Shown piece by piece: positions 32,171 to 41,462 of a DNA stretch of 41,462 nt. Position 1 is the first letter of the stretch; each line of letters starts with the position of its first letter. The stretch is taken from NCBI GenBank assembly GCA_026026165.1, contig JAPEUD010000079.1, positions 62,001 through 103,462 on the forward strand, written 5' to 3'. The notes below the pieces were generated by a model. The model had not been told where the DNA came from. It made no database searches and saw only the letters and a program-made list of their open reading frames with translations. Source of the stretch: Sarea resinae. Taxonomy: Eukaryota. The position numbers and the translations under genes are program-made.

Positions 32171-33257
32171 GATTCGAGGAAGAGGAGGAGGAAGATGAGA
32201 AGGTGGGGAATTATTGGGTCTCTTTGTTGATTGCAGGACTCGGTGCCCGAGAAGATGTCGAGAGTGTCTTTATTGAAGGCAGTATTGTTGCGTTCGAGAT
32301 CGTGCTATTGGTACGCCGGATCTGGAAGAGGGAAACAAAGAGTTCGCCTTCAAGTGTGTCACGAAGTGGGGTTCAAAGAGAATCTCAATGGAAAGTGCGC
32401 TGTCTACGAGATACTATCGAGCTTAGGTACGCGAGCCTACATACCTGTAGGTAGGTATGGTGAATCTCTCCGAGCTATCTAGATTCTACGCGATGAGAGT
32501 GAAGGAGTGAAAGATTGAAGAAGCAGGGAAGAAGTGAATGTAGGTTCTGGCCGGTAGTAGGTAGGCAAAGGAACGGACGGCAACATCACCCCAATGGCTA
32601 CGTGGGCCTCATCCTCTCTGTGGTGGGAGTCCCACGGAAGACTATACAGAGCACATTAAAATATACATCCATGGTCCTGCTTTCAAGGCCATACAACGTC
32701 GTGACATTGATCTTCCGTTCTGAAGATACTCTTGGGAGCTGTGGTTGCCGCGGTCTGGCGGCAACGCGCTTACCCATCCTTTAGCTCGCTCGGAAGTGGG
32801 TGGGTGCAGGTGAGCCGGAGGTGGTCATTTGATGCTCGTACAAAGTAAGGTACAATGGTACCTCGTCCCTCTCCACTGCCATCCCGCAGCTGCTCTCCAA
32901 GCGCTCCGTAGAGGGAATGTGAAACTACTCCGGAGTACTTCCAGTTCCTCCATACCTACCGACGAACCTACTGTACCTCACATACCTCAGCCTACTCCGG
33001 AGTATACCATTTTTATCGACGGCCGTGATCCTCCTCCCCTCGACCTCAGTGATGTTGATGTTGTTCAGCACTGAAGAGCCATCATCGTCATCACCATCGC
33101 CATAAGCCCATCGCCTTCGCTCTCATCGGTCCCGCATGCTGGCACCGTGACTCTGGTGCGGAGGTCTCTCCGAACGAGTCCGTCCACGCATGATTTGACT
33201 CGCTTCCCCCGCTGTCGTGTCTTACTCAGTGGTCGTTTCTTGTGCTCGTGAATCGCC

Positions 33258-36200
33258 ATGTTCAACTTCACAAATCTAATCCAGAAGGCGCAGTCCTTTA
33301 TCGATCCGTCCCTTGCACAAAACACCTTTAGCGCCGATCGCAAACCCTCGAAAGCCACTCTCTTTCGCCATCAGTTCAGACTGCCCGACAGTCAATCGCC
33401 CATACAAGAGATACCTGCCGAACTGACGCTGTCATTGCCTTTCACAGCATCATCCGTTGGAGTCACCCAAGGCGAGAAAGAGCGCGATAGAGGAAACCAC
33501 TATGTTGGCAGGCTGCACTTGAGTCAGGCTTATCTGTGCTTTTCGACTCAGCCGAGTAGCTTCCTCCCATCAGCGAGCATAAGCGCCTCTAGCGTCTTCA
33601 CTGGTCAAACACATGGCGCTGGACCCGCCGGCAATGGATTCACGTTGCCCCTTTCCGCCATCAGGCGTGTCGAGCGATTGCATAGCCAGAGCTATATGTT
33701 CGCGCTTGCCATTACAACATGGAATGGCTTCAACTCATCCTCAACCCCTCAAAGCAGCACGACAGGCGCGCAAAGATTGACAATACAGCTGGCCGGAAGT
33801 CGGCAGGCATGCGAGCGGTTCTGTGACGCCCTGAAGAAAGGACTGCGAGAGGGTGTTAGAGAGGTGGAGAGCCTCAAGGCCGTGGTCGCTGATTGCTACT
33901 CTGAATACTTGCTCTCAAATGACACAAGGAAAAGCAAGGATGGTGACGGCAGTGCAGAAACAAACGACAAGGTCAGGAAGCCCCCAGATGCGGGGCTAGG
34001 AATGGTCTTCAGATACCCCGGAGACGCGCGTAAGCTCCGTGATAGAAGTAAAATGAGACTATGGGGCGAATATATGAGAGGTATGAAGATTCTTTGCCGT
34101 GTCTCGTCTGAAGTATACTGACTGTCACAGAAAATGGTCGCAACGTAACTCTCGTTCGGCAGCCTACGTTTCATAAGTTGATCCGAGTCGGTCTTCCCAA
34201 CCGGCTGCGTGGAGAGACTTGGGAGCTCACTTCCGGATCCTTATTCCTTCGACTGCAAAATCCTCAGCTATACAACGATACTCTGTCGAAGTTTGTGGGT
34301 CGCGAGTCTCTAGCAATTGATGAAATCGAGAAAGATCTGAACAGAAGCTTGCCAGAGTATCCGGGATTTCAAAGCGAAGAAGGAATTGGCCGACTTCGAA
34401 GGGTCCTGACCGCATACAGCTGGGTCAATGAAGAGGTCGGTTATTGCCAAGCAATGAACATTGTGGTGGCTGCTCTGTTGATGTGGGTATTCTCTACAAC
34501 TACTATAGATGGCAGCTAACGGGTGGCAGTTACGTGTCCGAGACCCAAGCGTTCTATCTTTTATCCATATTATGTGACCGCCTTCTCCCAGGGTACTACT
34601 CGACGACCATGTACGGTACACTCCTGGATCAGCGTGTCTTCGAATCCTTAGTCGAGAAGACGATGCCAGTGCTTTGGGATCATCTCGTCAAATCTGATGT
34701 GCAACTCTCCGTCGTATCCCTCCCGTGGTTTCTCTCCTTATATATCAATTCAATGCCCCTTGTGTTCGCTTTCAGGGTCCTCGACGTCTTTTTTCTAGAA
34801 GGCCCAAAAGTTCTCTTTCAGGTGGGACTTGCGATCTTGCGGATAAATGGAGAGGAGCTTTTGGACGCTACAGACGATGGAGCATTCATTTCCATCCTGA
34901 AGTCTTATTTCTCGCGCCTCGAGGAGTCTGCCCATCCGAAATCGGAGAATGCAAGGCTGAGGGCTGTCACCAGATTTCAAGAGTTAATGGTTGTGGCCTT
35001 CAAGGAATTCGCTGGTATCACTCAGCACACTATTTCTGAGCAGCGGGCAAAACATAAAGATGGGGTACTGAATAACATTGAAAGCTTTGCGAAGCGGACA
35101 TCCATCCGCAATCTTGGGCCTGAAAGCAAGCGCTTGAGCGTTGAAGATTTAGGCGCCGTGTACGACCGCTTCTATGGCATTCTATATCAGAGACAGCAGA
35201 AGATGCAGATGATCCAAGAGGCAAAGGATAAGCGGGCTAAGTCGGGTGGCTCAAAGGCTATTGAGATAGTTAGCGGGCATGCTGGAAATGATGATGTGGA
35301 GGTGGGCAGAGTCGGCCTGGGCCCCAGCCCGACGATCATGGACTACGATGGATTCCGAGAGTTCCTCGCCGGTACCGCGAAATGGGCTATTACAGACTCT
35401 CCAGCGCCTTCGCAAAGAAGCTCTACCGCGGACAAAGAGAATCACTCCGCCTATGGTAACGGAAACGGCCACGGCGGAAGAAGTCGGAGCGCATCTGTCT
35501 CTACCTGGGGTCAAGAGAATCCGGAGCCAGCAGATCATGAGTTCATGCAAAGGTTATTCCGCCGTTGGGATACTGACATGAAAGATGGGCTGAGCTTACA
35601 AAATGTGGTCACGGGCCTAGCGCAAGTAAAGGGAAATAGAGATATCATGTCAAGTATAAGCTACTTTTTCGAGTTATACGACGACGATGGAGATGGCAAG
35701 GTGGACCGCGAGGGTATCTTGCGTATATCAGAAGCGCTTCTGTTTCTGTCCAGGCGTGGTCTTGGCAACGCTCTGACGCCATCCTCTTCCACAAGTGGAC
35801 TACACGATCTAGATCCTCACGGCCGCGCATTTCAAGATGAGAAGAATGGGAACATGGGCGAAAAGTTCTTAGGTAGTGTGAGTGCTTTCATTCGTCGCTG
35901 TTTCGAGTACGCCGATCCCGACCAGCCACGAGAGAAATTTTCTTCGTCCAACGATGGAGTCGTCGATACTCCGATAGAAGCTGGGGTCGAGGCTTTCAGC
36001 ATTGGTGAAGATGAAGACGAGGATCTTCTTGACCTTGGCCCAAATGGCGCAGAAGAGTCTGCTCCCGTCAAGAAAGAGACCTCCGACTCCAGCCACATTA
36101 CGGGTCTACCTACCTCTCCGAAAGTCGACGTCAAGTCTGCAAACCTTGCGCTTGACCCCGCCAATCCTCTTTATATCACCTTACCGACCTTCCGAATGGT

Positions 36201-36747
36201 TATACTCGCCGATGAGCTCCTACAGCATTTCTTTGAGACATCTTTTCCGGATTCGTTCTGGCTCTCTGAACAACCAAAGCCTGCGTCAGGACTATCTCCA
36301 ACATCGAATCTGACAACATTCTCGAATGCTGGATTCGGTAAAGTGGGCCTGCCATCGAAGGTGGCGCCAAACACACCAACCATGGGCGCCGTTCCACCAG
36401 CCAAGAGCCTTAGAGGCGTGCTGGATAATATCGTCACGGATGGGATCAGAGTTGCGGCCGAAGTCCGGAGAAGGATGGACGACGCGCAGAAGGAAATGGA
36501 GAAGAATGCGCTGAGCAGGGAAGAGGAAGAGGAGGAAGAAGAGGGTGAAGAGAAGCGAAGAGTCAGGGAAGGCGATAGGGATCTGCTCGAGGGTGCAGAG
36601 GCCGAAGTAGGGAGCATCAAGGAGAAAGAGTCGGTAGAGCTACCGTCCAGCTCACCCCCCACTGGGAGCCTGAATGTGCCAACACCCGGAGGGAGGGCCA
36701 GGAGTTCCAGTGCAGCGACTCAGAAGATCATCGAATTCGAACGGTAG
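33258..36747 (+). CDS. GYP2: TBC-domain Rab GTPase-activating protein with GRAM-like and EF-hand regions (Gyp2/Mdr1 family), about 1130 aa
   Basis: Exons 33258-34080, 34131-34482, 34530-36747 (3393 nt). Motifs [18 protein letters not shown] (GRAM-like), [15 protein letters not shown], the Arg finger [10 protein letters not shown], the Gln finger [18 protein letters not shown] and the EF-hand [16 protein letters not shown]. Confidence 0.93.
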
Positions 36748-37966
36748 CCCTTGGCTTTCTTTCCCTCTCTCTCTCTCTCTTTCTCTTTTCTTGACGGCGT
36801 TGATATCTTTTTTTCGTCTTGGGTTAGGGTCATCCGGGCATGATAATCTTCGCGCCGTCGATGACATCGCAGTCCTTCTTGATCCTTGGTGGGGCATGAA
36901 AGGATTGTTGCAGGCATCATCAGGTAGAGCCATCGTAGACGTTTAGCGTAATGCGTCCGTTCCGACGTCCCCGGGAAGACGGTGTAGAGTAGGGCCGACG
37001 GGCACTAATCGCTCTACTCGACCTGAAGTCGACTCTCCTTTTGGCCAATAATGCGGTCTTGTCTCATAGCATCTGTAGGTAGTGGAGGGTAGCATCGTCA
37101 ACGTTCTCGTAGCAATACTCATACCCGTCCCGCCTCTGCGCATTGTTCTCCCGCGCTCATCGATCCCTACGCAGGGGCGAGCACATGGCCGATCATTGGC
37201 ACTTGCACATTGCTTTTTCTTGCAGCACTCAAGTAATTGTCGTAGTAGTGCACACGGTACTGGACACGGCTATGTAGGTCCTCGTACTCTACTGAAGTAC
37301 TACGAGTATGCTTGGCTGATCGTGGCTGATCGTGGCCGAGCTGGGCTCCTTGATGCTTGGACTGGGAGGGAGATTGCTGCTAGCGCACGGCAGAGGGCGG
37401 GGCGGCACAGAGCCACGTTGCAGGCGCATGCATGGTCTAGGACCAAAGAGGGCCCTTCTGGCTATTCTCCATGGATCCATCCTCGGATCAATACTAAGAG
37501 ACTACTCGTACCATGTACGGAGTAGGTGGCATGGTCACGATGGTCACGATGGTCACGACGTGAAGGTTGATACCGCCGTCGCAGCACGCAGCACACGGGA
37601 CGCAGTCTGCAGTGCGCAGTACGGCATCGATGCACTCGACGCATCCCATCTTGTCATTGCAGCGAGGGTCTGAGGCGTACGACGTATGACCGAGACGAGA
37701 ATGATGATTCGCAGGGATCGAAGATGGCACTCGAATAGCCTTCGAGCATCATCGGACGGCCGTTCAATCAGGCGCCTTACGGCCTTAGCGCCCGCTTCAG
37801 GACGGTCGAGTATCCCTGGCTGCATCCCCCATTGCATGCCCGGTGCATCCCCGTTGCATCCCCAGTCCCAGTGACTCCAGTTCGCAGTGCATCCAACCCT
37901 CCTTGCTGTGGACGCGGTAGAGTAGGGTACCCATCGACTCTGAGAGATGGTATTCGACAGACGAGA

Positions 37967-37991
37967 ACTCGACTCGACTCGACTCGACTCG
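37967..37991. repeat. (ACTCG)5 pentamer microsatellite
   Basis: Five perfect tandem units. Confidence 0.85.
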
Positions 37992-38152
37992 AACCCGTTT
38001 GTTCACCGAAGCGGCTCTGAGACTGCCTTGCCTTGTCTACCTACCTTGCCTACTACCTTACCTTGCCTACCTCACCGACCTACCTTACCTTTTTCGATAT
38101 TAATTCGTCATCTCCCTCACATCGCGTGCTCCTCATTCGATGCTTGACTGCG

Positions 38153-38256
38153 CGATGATCGATGATCGATGATCGATGGTCGATGGTCGATGGTCGATGG
38201 TCGATGGTCGATGGTCGATGGTCGATGGTCGATGGTCGATGGTCGATGGTCGATGG
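38153..38256. repeat. Heptamer tandem array (CGATGAT)3(CGATGGT)11 plus a partial unit
   Basis: Directly visible with no spacers, about 590 nt upstream of the methyltransferase ATG. Confidence 0.95.
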
Positions 38257-38841
38257 ATGCGTGGATTCATTAATTGACGGATGGATAGATTGATATACCC
38301 CGCACAGCATTCCAAGAGATGACCAATTCGTCCACTGCTCTCTCGATCAAGAGGTCCAGACAGCAGAAACAACCAGACGCATTCAAGGAAGACGGCCGCC
38401 CACATCAAATGCGATATCACAACGGCCCGCCCCGCCTGTCAACTCGGACTTGACACTTCAGCTTTCTTCTGCCCTCGTCCAATTGCAAGAGGTACTCCGG
38501 GAACTCACATCGGTGCTGCCGTCACTGCCGCTGCTCCTCTCCGACCTGAATGCAATTCTCGCCTCGATTAGAATCCCTTGACGAGTGAAAACGACGGGAC
38601 CGGCCACATCCTTTGTTCTCACCCGGAGAGAGTCATCATCTTCGAGATTCTTGATCGGTCCGTCCCAGAACCTGACCGCACTCACTGGTTCGGCTCTCAC
38701 ACGCGCGCCCCCGATTGCGCGCTCCCGAAAACGACCTCTTTGATCGTGGCTTTGGCGTCCTTGACTGCCCGGTCATGGAATCTTGATCTCGACATTCCTC
38801 TTTTTCCACGAGGACCGTAAAAGGTCGCATTCCATCGAATC

Positions 38842-40272
38842 ATGGCAACTCCACCGCGTCGACTCTCCAATCCTCCTCCGCCCACTTACTCTCCCTCCCC
38901 GAACCAGGACACAAGTGCCGCCCACGGAACAGCCTCTCACCATCTGGAGGCTTCGCAGGCCTCGAAAAGTCAAGACCCGCCCCTCGGCACTTCCGCCTCG
39001 ACATCCGATCCCCTGACGCCGGCTGAGAATCCCACTCGATCGACCGCATCAACGGCCAACGAGCAGGCGAGCGCCAGTAATGCGCCTGCCAGTCCTCAAA
39101 ACCCTCCGCCAGCAGCGCCTGTCATCACCCAGCAAGAGCACGCTGACGCCTTACATCAAGCGCAGACGACCATCGCGCCCGCCGCGGCAGAAGACCTTGA
39201 CTCGGGCAATGAGTCCAGTTTTGACATCGACAGCATTCGTAGCTTGAGCACGTCGCTCGCATCGAGCGCGCTAGATTTTCCTTTTGAGAATGGACGAAGA
39301 TATCACAAATTCCGCGAAGGGCGCTACCTTTTCCCCAACGACGAGGTGGAGCAGGACCGTGAGGATCTGAAGCATTGGACGTTCATGGCATTGACGGGCC
39401 AACAACTCGTCCTTGCGCCGATCGGAGACAATCCCCAGAGGATCCTGGACGTCGGAACAGGCACGGGTATTTGGGCTATTGAAGGTTTGCGTCTCCCGCC
39501 GTATATCGAGCGCTACCATCGCTGTGGACAGAGATGACTGACGTGTTGCCAGCCGCCGATTCTTATCCCAGCGCCGCCGTGACCGGCATAGATTTAAGTC
39601 CGATCCAACCGCAATGGGCGCCGCCTAACCTGAAATTCCTTGTGGACGACTGCGAGGACGATTGGCTCGATCCTCCGGACTGGTATGACTACATTCATAG
39701 TCGAAATATGGTCCAGGGTATCCGCAGTTGGCCTTTGTACTTGAAACGGGCACTCCGGTAAGAAGCACGGGAACGATCATTATTCAGGCTGTGCTGACTC
39801 CTCCATCCTGGATAGTCACATCAAACCTGGCGGCTACATGGAGCTACAAGAAGTTTTCCATTACCCCTACCAGCAAGGAGCGCCAATGGCATACGCGGAT
39901 TGTCCGCTTGCTCAGTACTGGAAGAATGTCATCGACGGGTGCGGCGAACTTGGCGTCGACTTCCACCGACCCAAGAGGCTTGCCGACGAGATGAGAGCCG
40001 CAGGCTTCGTCAACGTCGAGCAAAGAATCTACTGGCTCCCGATCGGCGGATGGGCCGAGAACAAAGTGCTCAAGTCCGTGGGCTTGGGCTGGAAGGAGGT
40101 TCTCACCATTGGCATCCAGGCGATTGCCTTGGGGCCATTTACCCGCGGGCTTGGGTGGTCTCCCGAGGCCGTCGAGGTTTTCCTGGCCGGTGTCCGGAAG
40201 GCTTACAACGATCCGTCTATTCAGGCGTCTATGCCGCTCTATGTCGTCTATGGCCAGAAACCTGCCGAATAA
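38842..40272 (+). CDS. Class I SAM-dependent methyltransferase, LaeA-like/TAM family, about 434 aa
   Basis: Exons 38842-39484, 39553-39757, 39816-40272 (1305 nt). Motifs STSLASS..FPFENGRRYH...YLFPNDEVEQDREDLKH, ILDVGTGTGIWAIE (SAM motif I), VTGIDLSPIQP, FLVDD, DYIHSR, HIKPGGYMELQE, AGFVNV and YVVYGQKP. It is probably a LaeA-like paralogue rather than LaeA itself. Confidence 0.93.
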
Positions 40273-40915
40273 GCAGGGCGAACGAGCAGCCATCGTGTGT
40301 TGACGCCAAAACGATATCTTCTTCCTCAATCTCTCTCCTTCTGTCACTGCTCTATTACTGCCCGATCTTGCATCTGGCTCTCACGATAACGAAAATGAAT
40401 TGGTAGGATGTGTCGGGCGAACAATATTCTTTATTTACAGCGTACTCTGCGATTATATCTGGTCCGGTCTAGAAGGTACCATGCGTCTGGCTCAAGCTAT
40501 CGCGAGCTCTATCTTCCCTCCTCTCACCCGCTATTTTTGAATTTTCATGTTCCCGTGCTCATTCCCGGTTGCTATGTGAGCAAGTTGCGAATCCTTCAAA
40601 CATCTATCGGGCTCTGAGCTCGTTATTGCTACCCATCACCGTTCACTACATCAGATATCTTCCGTGCATGTACGGATGTCTCCGCCGTCGTCATTGAAGC
40701 CGAGGTTTCGCTTGCTGGCTGGCTGGCAGGCTTCCTGGCTTGTCTGATTGATTGATTGATTGCTTCATCGATGTGCCCCGGGCGGTTTTCCTTTTCTCTC
40801 TCCCACATCTATCGGTAGCGAGCGCGTGGGGAAAAATGACAATATTCAACTCTACCACTCTTTACTCCCTCTCTCTCTCTCTTCTAGACAGCGAGGTGTT
40901 GTTATGCCTTGTAAA

Positions 40916-41394
40916 TGGCGTGGGATGGGATAGGATGGCATGGCATGGCATGGCGTGGCATGGCGTGGCGTGGCGTTTTATTGGAAATGCGCCCTCTCAA
41001 CGTGCCGCTGCTGTTCTACTTCGTACCTTGGTCTTGTAGTGGTGGAGGGAGGCGTCCGTTAAAATATTGTGTGTGTGTGTGGATGTGGGTTTGCGGCAAC
41101 AATACTCAGCACTCAGTATACGGCGTACTGCGGTGCCAACATTCAGACATTCAGACATTCAGACAATCAGACATTCAGCAATAACTCCCCGCCATGTGAT
41201 CGGATCGGCGTTTTCTGCAATGGCAGGTAAGGGAAGGGAAGGGAAGAGAAGGGAAGCCCAGGTACTGTTCGAAGGAAGTATTGTAATGAATGAATGGATG
41301 GATGCTCCTACGTCAATTCGTGGCTCTGGCAGAAACGAAACACGGAATAGAACAGTGAAACAGTGAGACAGTGAGTGAGTGAGTGAGTGAGTGA
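40916..41394. repeat. Cluster of short tandem repeats near the right edge
   Basis: TGGGA/TGGCA/TGGCG pentamers at 40916-40975; (TG)n at about 41068-41081; (CATTCAGA)~5 at 41140-41178; AAGGG units at about 41229-41256; (GTGA)6 at 41371-41394. Confidence 0.85.
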
Positions 41395-41420
41395 TAACGT
41401 CCTCCCCACCAGACCAAGCG

Positions 41421-41462
<42 letters not shown>
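41421..41462. repeat. Poly-C homopolymer of at least 42 nt at the window end
   Basis: 42 consecutive C bases terminate the sequence. Confidence 0.95.

Noticed and set aside
38153..38256. Possible CRISPR-like array
   Set aside because: The units are 7 nt and contiguous with no unique spacers, there are no cas genes, and the context is eukaryotic. It is a simple tandem repeat.
22664..40272. Secondary-metabolite cluster suggested by the CoA ligase plus the LaeA-like methyltransferase
   Set aside because: The two genes are 14 kb apart, separated by housekeeping genes, and the window holds no backbone synthase.
41371..41462. Telomere at the right end
   Set aside because: There is no TTAGGG/CCCTAA array; the repeats are GTGA and poly-C.

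Overview
Eukaryotic, intron-rich, gene-dense DNA from a filamentous ascomycete (Pezizomycotina-type short introns with GTRAGY donors, RCTRAY branch points and YAG acceptors). It is not prokaryotic, and I found no CRISPR array, tRNA, rRNA or recognisable transposon. Ten protein-coding genes could be modelled by hand (eight spliced, two intronless), plus one unresolved ORF; exon lengths of every complete spliced model sum to a multiple of three. In order they are: Tudor-SN/SND1 (truncated at the left edge), Cu/Zn SOD1, an Rgf3/Tus1-like Rho GEF, a 12-exon DUR3-like urea/polyamine transporter, an 11-exon AlkB-family 2OG-Fe(II) dioxygenase, an unresolved S/P-rich ORF upstream of it, a peroxisomal-type acyl/aryl-CoA ligase, SQT1, a 1250-aa coiled-coil membrane protein of unknown function, the Rab-GAP GYP2/MDR1, and a LaeA-like SAM methyltransferase. 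The most interesting item is the AlkB-family gene. Splicing joins two unremarkable ORFs into a complete GAL4-type Zn(II)2Cys6 spacing, placed upstream of a probable SRA-like region, two Cys4 motifs and an intact dioxygenase active site, which makes it a candidate targeted base-modifying enzyme. Other notable signals are two GC-AG introns sharing the donor GCAAGCTTC, a GC-rich, microsatellite-dense zone centred on the convergent 3' ends of the GEF and DUR3 genes, GTAC clustering in upstream intergenic regions, and a possible spliced non-coding transcript divergent from SOD1. All family calls come from motif recognition, not database searches.
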